Source: an archaeon (lineage in GTDB: Archaea > AGJL01 > Methanococci > Methanococcales > Methanocaldococcaceae). From it: a DNA stretch of 35,348 nt. Below the pieces are notes generated by a model. That model ran no database searches and was not told where the DNA came from. It worked only from the letters and a program-made list of their open reading frames with translations. Positions within the stretch are counted from its first letter, which is position 1. Every line of letters begins with the position of its first letter. The stretch is taken from positions 1 through 35,348 of the forward strand of contig JAJRSC010000027.1 in the NCBI GenBank assembly GCA_024278985.1, given 5' to 3'. A program made the translations under genes and the position numbers. Shown one piece after another: positions 18,700 to 27,919 of this stretch.

Positions 18700-19163
18700 T
18701 CTTTCACTAATTTTATAATTTCATTAATTAACCTATCTCCAGCATTTTTAACTTCTTCACTCATATCACAAAAATCTATAATTTTTGGCTGAATTCCAAT
18801 AATTACAAACTTAGAATTTATAAAATTTTTAAGATACTTTATTATAACAGTTATTGGAATTGCATGAGATGAAAAAGAATAGTTTTTAATATCTTTTTCT
18901 CTAATGAAACATATTTCTCCTGGTCTCTTGTTCATTATAGCACAATCTATAATAACCACATATTCTGGATTTATCTTTTTAATGATATCTGTAAATGCCT
19001 CTGGGCAAGTTTTAGCATTTATAAAATAATATTTTCCAATGTTGGTTTTATTAAAGTAGTTTATAACATTCTCAATAATATAAACCCCTACTTTATCATC
19101 ACCCCTAAGTTCATTCCCAATTCCTAAAAAAATAACCTTTTTATTTTTTAAAAAAGATAAAAT
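18696..19163 (-). CDS. hycI: Hydrogenase maturation protease HycI family (start codon non-canonical or frameshifted)
   Basis: The frame is open well upstream of the ORF-track start and contains 'IFLGIGNELRGDDKVG', 'CPE', 'IIDCA', 'SSHAIP', 'IGIQP'. There is no ATG/GTG/TTG in frame before the GIGN motif. ATT at 19163 follows a GGTGAT RBS. Confidence 0.85.
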   Translation of the reverse strand: MLSFLKNKKVIFLGIGNELRGDDKVGVYIIENVINYFNKTNIGKYYFINAKTCPEAFTDIIKKINPEYVVIIDCAIMNKRPGEICFIREKDIKNYSFSSHAIPITVIIKYLKNFINSKFVIIGIQPKIIDFCDMSEEVKNAGDRLINEIIKLVKE

Positions 19164-19194
19164 ATTATCACCTAAATAATTATTTTGGGATAGT

Positions 19195-19710
19195 ATGGGA
19201 GATATAAAAAGTTATGTAAAAATATTCTTAACAGGAATATATGAAAACTTAGAAAAAATAATTTTTGCCTCTGGAAGATATACAGATGAAGAACTAAAAA
19301 AAGCCATATTAACAGGAAAAATAAAATTACCAAAAACAGTTTTAGAGGAGTTATGTATTGGATGTGAAGGTTGTTATAATGTATGCCCTACTAAAGCCAT
19401 AGAAATGATTCCAATAAAACCAGTAAAAATATCTGAATATATTGTAAAAAATAAGATTCCTAAAATAATTCCTGAAAAATGTGTTTATTGCCTTTATTGT
19501 CATGATTTTTGTCCTGTATTTTCAATTTTTGGAGAAATATCTCCAATACATCCAAGAGATGTAGGAGAGTATATTGAAATAGACATTTCTAAGATTATAG
19601 AAAAAAAGATAACTCTATCTGAAGAACAGATTAATAGAATTAGTTCAATTTTATCAATAAATTTAAAGAGGTTGTTAAATGAGGGAAATATCAGAAGAAA
19701 AATTAAATAA
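19195..19710 (+). CDS. ehbL: 2x[4Fe-4S] protein, energy-converting hydrogenase B subunit L-like
   Basis: '[12 protein letters not shown]' and '[14 protein letters not shown]...IHPRDVG', as in EhbL of methanogens. Confidence 0.75.
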   Translation: MGDIKSYVKIFLTGIYENLEKIIFASGRYTDEELKKAILTGKIKLPKTVLEELCIGCEGCYNVCPTKAIEMIPIKPVKISEYIVKNKIPKIIPEKCVYCLYCHDFCPVFSIFGEISPIHPRDVGEYIEIDISKIIEKKITLSEEQINRISSILSINLKRLLNEGNIRRKIK

Positions 19711-19972
19711 ATATTTAAAAATGACTGAAGAAGCTATAAAAATAATTAAAAAAGGTCTTCCTCCAAAAAGAAGTATATTATATCTTGTTGCAGAAGATTT
19801 TTTATTAATGATTGAGAGCTATTATAAAGATGCTTTAAGTTTTAAAGAAAAGGGAGATTATGTTAATGCATTTGCAGCTTTAAATTATGCTTATGGATGG
19901 ATAGATGCAGGAGTTAGATTAGGTTTATTTAATGTTGGAGATGATGATAAAAGATTCACATTATATAAATAG
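19679..19972 (+). CDS. DUF357 domain protein
   Basis: '[36 protein letters not shown]' signature. Confidence 0.88.
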   Translation: MREISEEKLNKYLKMTEEAIKIIKKGLPPKRSILYLVAEDFLLMIESYYKDALSFKEKGDYVNAFAALNYAYGWIDAGVRLGLFNVGDDDKRFTLYK

Positions 19973-20057
19973 TGCGGGGGACGGGATTTGAACCCGCGAA
20001 CCCCTGCGGGACTGGACCCTCAATCCAGCGCCTTTGGCCAGGCTTGGCGACCCCCGC
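19973..20057 (-). tRNA. tRNA-Leu (anticodon GAG), 85 nt, no intron, CCA not encoded
   Basis: Minus strand GCGGGGG...CTGGA-TTGAGGG-TCCAG...long variable arm...GCGGG-TTCAAAT-CCCGT-CCCCCGC-A. It has a 7-bp acceptor stem and discriminator A. Confidence 0.97.
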
Positions 20058-20159
20058 ACATAAAGTAGTTATTCTTACCCAAGGTTTATATAATATAATA
20101 AGTAAGAGTTATATATACATTACTCTTACTCTAAAAAAATATTTAAATATGTGGTAAAT

Positions 20160-21686
20160 ATGAATACTGGCACATATCTTTTAGAGAATATCGAAGATTT
20201 CTATGCCACAGGAAAACATATTGGAAAAGAAATATTAAAAAGTTATGGTAAAACAAGTTTGGTATTAGTAGCTACTACAGTATTAGATAAGGATAAAGTT
20301 CAAGAATTTTTAAATGGACTTTCAACCAAAATTGATAGTGATTATATTATTGGTTATTCAACAGGTGGATTTTATTATAATTCTAAGTTATATACTGAAA
20401 ATAGTATAATGGTTTTTGCATTTGAAAATATATACAGATTTGTCCCAGTATTTGAGAAAATAGAAACTCCTGAAGATGGTTACAAAATAGCAAATGATGT
20501 TATTGAAAAAATTAAGCTAAAATATGGATGTATATCCATGAAAAATAAATTTTTAGGGTTAGCTTTTTTTGATTTTAGTGTATGGAGAATGATAGATAAA
20601 ATAATTAAAAATATAAGAAAAGATTTACCAATTCCAATAATTGGAAATATTGCATCAGATAATAAGACATATAAAGATACATTTTTAATTTATAATGGGG
20701 ATATTGTTAAAGATGGATGTGTATTTACTTTAATTATGGGTAAATTAAAATATAAACTCATATATTTTAATCCATATAAGCCTACAGAACTATATGCTAA
20801 AATAACAAAATCTGAGGGAAATATTATATATGAACTTAATAATAAACCTGCATATCAAGAATATTTAAGATTAATCTCAAAACATACAGGATTATCAATT
20901 ATTGATATAGAACAGTATTTTAATAAACATCTAAATACTTTAGATTTTAGAATTACATATCCTTTAGCATATTCTGATGTATATGGGAATTTAATTAATT
21001 TATATATATATAGAGTAAAAAATGATGCATTATATGTTAATTCAGAAATTCCAGAAGGTACTTTTTTAACATTAATGGAAACAAATCCAAACTACATTAT
21101 GGAATGTTGTGAAGCATTTAGAAAAATTAGAAGTAAATTTAAAAATTCATTAGCTATTATAAATCAATGCTATGCTTTAGAAATTATAAAGAATCCAGAT
21201 TTTAGAACTGAAAAATCACATCCATTTTTAGAGATGTTATTTAATCAGAGAATTGTTCCATGTGATGAAAAATATTTATTTATTAATTTGTCTTATGGAG
21301 AATGTGTTGCTAAAGGATTATCTACAATTTTTAGCCCATTATCATATTCAGGAGTAGTATTAGAATTAGACGCTTTAAAAAATATTAAAGATTATTTAAT
21401 TGAAGGTTTTGAATTTAATAAAGAAGAAGCAGAAATAATTCCATTTTTAATTGATAACATTGCAACCATTGAAGAAATATCTAATAAATTACATATTCCT
21501 CTAGAAAAAGTTAAAACATATCTTGATAAGTTTGTAAGCCTTAATATTGTACAAAAACTAGATGATAAATATTATGTAGATACCTCAATATTAGAAAAAT
21601 CTTTAATGGAGCTTCACAAAAAGCTTAAAATGGATGAAGACAGAAAAAGAAATTTAAGATTAAAATTAATTAATATTTTAAGTTAA
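20160..21686 (+). CDS. FIST_N/FIST_C sensory-domain protein with C-terminal TrmB-like winged helix
   Basis: 'IIGYSTGG', 'PIIGNIASD', 'YKPT...ITKSEGNIIYELNNKPAYQEY', 'YPLA', 'IPEGT', 'SYGE' are FIST motifs. The C-terminus 'EAEIIPFL...TIEEISNKLHIPLEKVKTYLDKFVSLNIV' resembles a wHTH. Confidence 0.75.
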   Translation: MNTGTYLLENIEDFYATGKHIGKEILKSYGKTSLVLVATTVLDKDKVQEFLNGLSTKIDSDYIIGYSTGGFYYNSKLYTENSIMVFAFENIYRFVPVFEKIETPEDGYKIANDVIEKIKLKYGCISMKNKFLGLAFFDFSVWRMIDKIIKNIRKDLPIPIIGNIASDNKTYKDTFLIYNGDIVKDGCVFTLIMGKLKYKLIYFNPYKPTELYAKITKSEGNIIYELNNKPAYQEYLRLISKHTGLSIIDIEQYFNKHLNTLDFRITYPLAYSDVYGNLINLYIYRVKNDALYVNSEIPEGTFLTLMETNPNYIMECCEAFRKIRSKFKNSLAIINQCYALEIIKNPDFRTEKSHPFLEMLFNQRIVPCDEKYLFINLSYGECVAKGLSTIFSPLSYSGVVLELDALKNIKDYLIEGFEFNKEEAEIIPFLIDNIATIEEISNKLHIPLEKVKTYLDKFVSLNIVQKLDDKYYVDTSILEKSLMELHKKLKMDEDRKRNLRLKLINILS

Positions 21687-23278
21687 TTCTTTTCCCATAT
21701 ATGCACCAATTCTTTTATATCCTAATTTTCTATAATATTCTCTAACACCAATTCCACTGGTTATAAGTAATTTTTTAGCATTAAATTCCTCTTTTGCTAT
21801 TTTCTCAGCTTCTTTTATTAATCTTTTTCCAAATCCTTTATGTTGCCAAGTTATTTCTTTAATATCTTTTGTTAATGGTTTTTCTTGGCCACATACATGT
21901 AATTGTCTAACTAATAGAGTTTTTTCATCAATTTCTTTTCTGAATGGTTTATATGGAACTCTTAATCTTAAAAAGGCTATTAAAATATCATTTTTAACAT
22001 CTTCATAAGATAAAAATATCTCCAACCCTCCACTTGCTTCATACTCTTCCCTACATAACTTTATATGCTCAATATCTGGAGTAATTCCTTTTTTATACAT
22101 TACATGCCCTACTTCTCTACACCTTATACACTTGCATTTAATTCCTTGCTCTTCCATATACTTATAAACCAACTCTCCTAAATTGCTCTTTTTCACACCA
22201 TCAACTATAACAGTTGCTGGAATATCTCTCTGTATTCTTGAAGTTCTTACCCACTTTGGCATTATAGATTTTGCATAAGCAATAACTTCAATTGCTTCCT
22301 TTTCTCTATATGGTTTAAATTTTCCTTCTTTCCATAGTTTATAAAGTTCTGTTCCTTCAATAACTAAGCAAGGATATATTTTAACCATATCTGGCATAAA
22401 ATCTGGATTTGTAAATATTTCTTTAAACATTTTTTTGTCCATTTCAATATTACTTCCTGGAAGTCCTGGCATTAGATGGTAGGATACTTTTAAACCACTG
22501 TCTTTTAAAAGTTGAGTTGCCTTTATTGTATCTTCAACAGTATGCCCTCTTTTACAAAATTCTAATATATCATTATATATAGTTTGAACTCCAAGCTCTA
22601 CTCTTGTAGCTCCAAGTTTTAACATCTGATTAATTTCTTTTTCTTTACAATAGTCAGGTCTTGTTTCAATACATAAAGCTACACATCTATGTTTAGCTCT
22701 CTCATTTATTTTTTGAGCTTCCTCCAAATTTATACTATCTTTTTCATTCATTGCATCTAAACATCTCTTTATAAACCAATCTTGATATTCTATATCTCTT
22801 GCTGGAAATGTTCCACCCATAATAATTAATTCAATTTTATCTGTTGGATGTCCAACTTTTTCCAACTGTTCAATTCTTGCCTTAGTTTGTAGATAAGGGT
22901 CAAAGTTAAACATTAATCCTCTCATTGTTGCAGGCTCTTTTCCTGTATAACTTTGAGGAACTTCACCAAATACACTATCAACTCCTCCAGGGCAAAAGAT
23001 ACATTTACCATGAGGACATCTCTCTGGAGATGTCATAACTGCAACAACAGCAACTCCTGAGATAGTTCTCACTGGTTTTTTTCTTAAAATAGGTATAAGA
23101 ATTTTTTTTTCTTCTTCAGTTGCTTCAGCTAAAATTTCAGATGTTGAAGGATGCCCAAATTTTGCCTTATATTTTCTTAAACACTCTCTTTTAATTTGTT
23201 CAATTCTTTTTTATCAGTTGGTTTTTCCTCTAAGATTCTACTAATAATACATCTTATAACTTCTCTCTTTAAATTCAT
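21678..23278 (-). CDS. elp3: Elp3 tRNA U34 acetyltransferase (radical SAM + KAT), with a 1-nt frameshift near the N-terminus
   Basis: 'RTISGVAVVAVMTSPERCPHGKCIFCPGG', 'QSYTGKEP', 'ETRPD', 'RIQRDIP', 'WQHKGFG', 'SGIGVREYY'. The upstream frame '...LRKKPVRTISG' joins ATG 23278 if one A is added to the run at 23207-23212. Confidence 0.93.
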
Positions 23279-23323
23279 AGTATCACATAGTCAAATTTAT
23301 AAATTAATATTAAAATAAAAAAA

Positions 23324-23584
23324 TTATTTTACATAAAATTTAAAGGCAAATATAAAGTATAAAAGCATTAGAATTAATATTAAAACTGAGATAATAATTA
23401 ATGTTGGGGAATTTCCAACAACAATAGGAATTGGACCAATCATTACAACTCCAGCATATTCAACCTTTTCATTATTATTATCTGTCTTTTCTTCATTAGT
23501 GTTAGGAAGTAACATTCCTAAACTGATTAAAAACATTCCTAAAAATATTAAAAATATTCCAATAAATATAAGTATTGGTTTCAT
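23324..23584 (-). CDS. DUF131 / TIGR00304 family small membrane protein
   Basis: Two TM helices flanking 'AGVVMIGPIPIVVG'. Confidence 0.88.
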   Translation of the reverse strand: MKPILIFIGIFLIFLGMFLISLGMLLPNTNEEKTDNNNEKVEYAGVVMIGPIPIVVGNSPTLIIISVLILILMLLYFIFAFKFYVK

Positions 23585-23675
23585 AATCTTCCACAGTAAA
23601 TTATTATATAATTTTAATGTTTATTGTTTATTTAAAAACTTTTTTAATTTAAAAATCAATTATGGAGGGATATAG

Positions 23676-25208
23676 GTGATATTTGATTTATATGGAAAAA
23701 TTATTTTTAGTAAAGAACTAAATGAAGATGCAAAAAAAGCAGTTGAGGAAGTTATTAAAGAGGCTGATACTCTATTTTTAAAAGGTGTTCCTAAGGGAAA
23801 AGAAGAGGAGGCTTCTAAAATAATGTTTTATGGAATAAATGGAAATACATTAAATTTAAATATTTTATCTGGAAGATATAGCAGAGCTCATGATGCAATA
23901 ATAAGACTAAAAAAGGCATTAGCACAAAAATTGGGTAAGGAATTTAAAATAGGTGTTAGGAAGGTTATAGTTGATAAATACATTATTGAATTAAAAGATG
24001 AGAGAGCAAATAAATTAAAGAATTTTAAAATCCCAGAGTGTAAAATTGAAGTTGATGATGACAGTATAAGGTTAATTTTTGAAAATTTAGAAGAAGGAGA
24101 AATAAAAAGAAATATTGTAGATATAGCCATAAAACTTGTAAGAGAAGAGTTAGAAAAAGAGGATTTAACTTCAAGAGTTTGTAAAATTCCTCCTGGGACT
24201 ATAGTTAAAGAATACAAAGCTAAAAGAACCATAAATTTCTTTGAAGACCCTACTGATGTTGCTGAAAAACTTGGTTGGATTAAAAAATTTCCTGGAAGAG
24301 GGCAGTGGATATACTTGCCTCCAATAACAGCCTTATTTAGAGCTTTTGAGGAGTTAATTGTTGAAAAAATTAAAAATATTGGTTTTGTTGAAGTACTATT
24401 ACCTAAACTTATACCTCTTGAAATTATGTATAAGATGAGATACTTAGAAGGACTACCTGAGGGAATGTATTATGTTTGTCCTCCAAAAAGAGAACCAGAA
24501 CTTTTTGAGGAGTTTGTTAATGAGATGATGGTTAAAAAAGAGATTCCTATTGATAAATTAAAATCTTTATTAAGAGACCCAGCCTATGTTTTAGCACCTG
24601 CCCAGTGTGAGCCATTTTATCAATTCTTAGAAAGAGAAGTTATTGATGCAGAAAAACCAATTATGTTTTTTGATAGAAGTGGATGGACATATAGATGGGA
24701 AGGTGGAGGAGCAAGAGGTTTAGATAGAGTAAATGAATTTTTGAGAGTAGAGTGTATTTGGGTAGGAACTCCTGAAATTGTTGAAGAGATTAGAGATAAA
24801 ACTTTAAAAGCTGCTGAAAAATTGGCTGAGGAACTTGATTTAGAGTATTGGGTAGAGGTTGGAGATGACCCATTTTACTTAGAAGGAAGGAAAAAAGAAG
24901 ATAGAAATATAGAATTTCCTGATGTCCCTAAGTATGAAATGAGGATATGGTTACCACATATAAAAGATGAAAGAAAAGGAGTTGCAGTTACATCTGCAAA
25001 TGTCCATGGAACCCATTTTGTTGAAGGTTTTAAAATAAAAGATTATAAAGGGAGAAAAGTTTGGACAGGTTGTACTGGATACGGAATAACCAGGTGGGTC
25101 GTTGGATATCTATCCCAATATGGTTTTAATTTTGATGATTGGCATCCTATAATTAATAAAAAAATTAAAAAACTGCCTGAAGTTCCTAAGTTAATAACTT
25201 GGCCATAG
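23676..25208 (+). CDS. serS: Seryl-tRNA synthetase, methanogen type
   Basis: '[13 protein letters not shown]', 'KKFPGRGQW', '[10 protein letters not shown]', '[11 protein letters not shown]', 'WTGCTGYG', with Zn-binding Cys/Glu residues typical of methanogenic SerRS. Confidence 0.96.
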   Translation: MIFDLYGKIIFSKELNEDAKKAVEEVIKEADTLFLKGVPKGKEEEASKIMFYGINGNTLNLNILSGRYSRAHDAIIRLKKALAQKLGKEFKIGVRKVIVDKYIIELKDERANKLKNFKIPECKIEVDDDSIRLIFENLEEGEIKRNIVDIAIKLVREELEKEDLTSRVCKIPPGTIVKEYKAKRTINFFEDPTDVAEKLGWIKKFPGRGQWIYLPPITALFRAFEELIVEKIKNIGFVEVLLPKLIPLEIMYKMRYLEGLPEGMYYVCPPKREPELFEEFVNEMMVKKEIPIDKLKSLLRDPAYVLAPAQCEPFYQFLEREVIDAEKPIMFFDRSGWTYRWEGGGARGLDRVNEFLRVECIWVGTPEIVEEIRDKTLKAAEKLAEELDLEYWVEVGDDPFYLEGRKKEDRNIEFPDVPKYEMRIWLPHIKDERKGVAVTSANVHGTHFVEGFKIKDYKGRKVWTGCTGYGITRWVVGYLSQYGFNFDDWHPIINKKIKKLPEVPKLITWP

Positions 25209-25274
25209 GAATATATTTATATTACCTTTTAATATAAATTTTAGTTAAAATAAAAATTTAACCTAATTTAAATT

Positions 25275-25292
25275 TTTTAACCAAGGTTAAAA
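25275..25292. promoter_or_regulatory. Perfect inverted repeat TTTTAACC-AA-GGTTAAAA directly upstream of feoA (candidate operator)
   Basis: 8-bp arms with a 2-nt spacer, ending 1 nt before the feoA ATG and overlapping the RBS region. Confidence 0.4.
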
Positions 25293-25293
25293 C

Positions 25294-25521
25294 ATGACAA
25301 CATTGGCAGAAGTAGAGAGTGGAAAAGAAGTAATAATAAAGGAAATTCTTGCTGGACAGGGGTTAAGGAATAAGTTATTAAGTATGGGATTAAGAGAAGG
25401 AGAGAGAGTAAAAGTTCTTATAAACAATAGAGGTCCAATAGTTGTTTTAGTTGGAAGTTGTAGATTAGGATTAGGTAGAGGGATGGCAAATAAAATATTA
25501 GTTGAGGAGTTGGGTGAATAA
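25294..25521 (+). CDS. feoA: Ferrous iron transport protein A
   Basis: 'KLLSMGLREGERVKV...GPIVV...RLGLGRGMANKILV' SH3-like FeoA. Directly precedes feoB. Confidence 0.95.
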   Translation: MTTLAEVESGKEVIIKEILAGQGLRNKLLSMGLREGERVKVLINNRGPIVVLVGSCRLGLGRGMANKILVEELGE

Positions 25522-27513
25522 ATGTATGAAATTGCATTAATAGGAAACCCTAATGTTGGAAAGTCATCTCTTTTTAATCTTTTAACTGGAGAAAATGTAT
25601 ATATAGGAAATTGGCCAGGGGTAACAGTTGAAAAAAAAGAGGGCTATTTTGATAATAACTATAAAATAATTGATTTACCAGGAGTATATAGTTTGTCAAC
25701 TGGAGCAATTGATGAAAAGGTTACAATGGAATATTTTTTAAAAAATAAACCTGATTTAGTTGTTAATATTGTTGATGCTACAACATTAGATAGGAATTTA
25801 TATTTAACTTTACAACTTTTAGAGATGGGAAATAACTTACTTATGGCATTAAATAAGATAGACCTATGTAAATTAGATTATAAAAAAATAAAAGAGCTTG
25901 AAAATATTTTAAATATAAAAATTGTTCCAATTTCAGTAAAAAAGAAGGTAGGAATTGAAGATTTAAAAAAAATGATTAAAGAACTTTGTAAAAATAAGAA
26001 TTATGTTATTTTAAAATATCCTAAATTGGAGAAATATATAGAGGAGATTATAGATATTCTAAAAGAAGACCAAAATCTTAAAGAATACAATTTAAGATTG
26101 TTGGCAATAAAACTTTTAGAAAATGATGATTATATAATAAATATAGTTAAAGATACAGATATATGGAATAAGTTGGAAAAGAAGTTAAATAAAATTAATG
26201 AAGAACTAAAAAAGGAATATAATGGAAAAAATCCTTTTGAAGTTGAAAGATTAAAATTAATTAAAAAAATAAAAGAAATAGTATATGATAACAATGAGAT
26301 TTATGTAGAGAAAGATTTAACCTACCACATTGATGAAGTTTTATTCAATGGATATTATGGGATTTTGGTAGTAGTGCCTTTATTATGGATGCTATTCACA
26401 TTTACCTTTACAGCATCAAAACCATTTATGGATATTATTGAAACATTAATTAACATTTTTTCCAATTTTATAAAGGAAATAGTAACCAATAAATTTTTAG
26501 CATCTTTATTAGCAGATGGTATTATTGGAGGGGTTGGGGCTGTTTTAGTTTTTATTCCACTATTATTATTTTTATACATAGGTATATCATTTTATGAAGG
26601 AACTGGATTGTTGGCAAGGATTCCAATATTGGCTGATATGTATTTAAGGAAATTTGGACTACCTGGCAAGGCAATTATTCCACTAATTTTAGGATTTGGG
26701 TGTAATGTTCCAGCAATTTTAGCAGCAAGAACTATAGAAAATGAGAAGGATAGAATTTTAACAATTATTATAAATCCATTATGTTCATGTTCTGCAAGAT
26801 TACCAATATATGTATTATTTGCCTCAGCATTTTTTAGTAAAAATCAGGGTTTAGTTATTTTATCATTATATACTTTAGGGATAAGTTTAGCATTGATATT
26901 ATCAAAAATATTTAGAATAGTATTATTTAAGGAAGAACCTGAAGAACTAACTTATGAACTTCCAAATTATCATATTCCAAGTTTTAGAGAAATTTTTGTA
27001 AATACATGGGAAAGAATTAAGCACTTCTTACGTAAAGCAGGAACAATAATATTATTTGGTTCTATATTAGTATGGTTTTTAACTGTATTTGGACCCTCAG
27101 GATTTCTAGGAGAAGATGTTTTTAAAAATCCAGAACTTATAAAAATGTCATTTTCTGCAAAAATAGGAGAATTTTTATCAGTTATATTTTCTCCATTTGG
27201 TTGGGGTTGGAAAGAAACAACAGCACTATTTTATGGCTTGATGGCTAAGGAGTTAGTAGTTAGTAGTTTAGGAATATTGTATGGAGTGAGTGGAGATAAA
27301 TTATTAAATATTCTAACAAAATACTTTACTCCTGTGTCTGCATATGCTTATATGGTATTTACATTAATATATGTCCCATGCCTTGCTACATTAGGAGTCA
27401 TAAAACAAGAATTAGGTTTAAAATGGACAATTTTTGTTATGCTATATTTAATAGTTTTGGCATATTTTGTTTCATTAACTATATTTATTATTGGGAACTT
27501 GATTTTTTGTTGA
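25522..27513 (+). CDS. feoB: Ferrous iron transport protein B
   Basis: G-motifs GNPNVGKS, NWPGVT, DLPG, NKID. Membrane domain 'GFGCNVPA', 'CSARLP', 'YVPCLAT'. Confidence 0.98.
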   Translation: MYEIALIGNPNVGKSSLFNLLTGENVYIGNWPGVTVEKKEGYFDNNYKIIDLPGVYSLSTGAIDEKVTMEYFLKNKPDLVVNIVDATTLDRNLYLTLQLLEMGNNLLMALNKIDLCKLDYKKIKELENILNIKIVPISVKKKVGIEDLKKMIKELCKNKNYVILKYPKLEKYIEEIIDILKEDQNLKEYNLRLLAIKLLENDDYIINIVKDTDIWNKLEKKLNKINEELKKEYNGKNPFEVERLKLIKKIKEIVYDNNEIYVEKDLTYHIDEVLFNGYYGILVVVPLLWMLFTFTFTASKPFMDIIETLINIFSNFIKEIVTNKFLASLLADGIIGGVGAVLVFIPLLLFLYIGISFYEGTGLLARIPILADMYLRKFGLPGKAIIPLILGFGCNVPAILAARTIENEKDRILTIIINPLCSCSARLPIYVLFASAFFSKNQGLVILSLYTLGISLALILSKIFRIVLFKEEPEELTYELPNYHIPSFREIFVNTWERIKHFLRKAGTIILFGSILVWFLTVFGPSGFLGEDVFKNPELIKMSFSAKIGEFLSVIFSPFGWGWKETTALFYGLMAKELVVSSLGILYGVSGDKLLNILTKYFTPVSAYAYMVFTLIYVPCLATLGVIKQELGLKWTIFVMLYLIVLAYFVSLTIFIIGNLIFC

Positions 27514-27521
27514 AGGGGATA

Positions 27522-27881
27522 ATGATGATTTATATCATATTGGGAGCAATTTATATATTGGCTGGAATCTTAGATATATTAAAAGGTTTATTTAACTATC
27601 CCCTCCCTAAATTATTTTTAGGGGATATTTTTGGAGGAATTTCCTTATTGTGTATTGGGATATTATATATATTGGGACATAAAAATGATTCATTTATAAT
27701 AACTGCTAATACTTTGGGTATTGGAGTAGGAATAATTTCTCTTATTGTTTTAATTTCTTATTTTATAGGGTATATATTAGGATTTAAATATGAACCAACA
27801 ATTAATATTTATCTAATCTTAGGATTTTTATCTATACTCTACTTTTATAAAGAAAAGATATCAAAAAATATTAAAAAATAA
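27522..27881 (+). CDS. Uncharacterised small multi-TM membrane protein downstream of feoB
   Basis: About 119 aa with about 4 hydrophobic helices. ATG 27522 follows GAAGGGG, 8 bp after the feoB stop. The ORF-track 5' extension overlaps feoB. Confidence 0.75.
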   Translation: MMIYIILGAIYILAGILDILKGLFNYPLPKLFLGDIFGGISLLCIGILYILGHKNDSFIITANTLGIGVGIISLIVLISYFIGYILGFKYEPTINIYLILGFLSILYFYKEKISKNIKK

Positions 27882-27919
27882 TTCTCCAACTTATAATAAA
27901 AAGTTCCTAAGGTCTTTTT

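Noticed and set aside
19973-20057. tRNA as an integration site for a provirus or island
   Set aside because: No integrase, no duplicated tRNA 3' end and no foreign-looking gene block is seen nearby.
19972-20157. 61-aa ORF MRGTGFEPANPCG...
   Set aside because: It is the antisense translation of the tRNA-Leu gene.
27378-27521. 5' extension of the membrane-protein ORF
   Set aside because: It overlaps the feoB C-terminus out of frame, and a better RBS and ATG exist at 27522.
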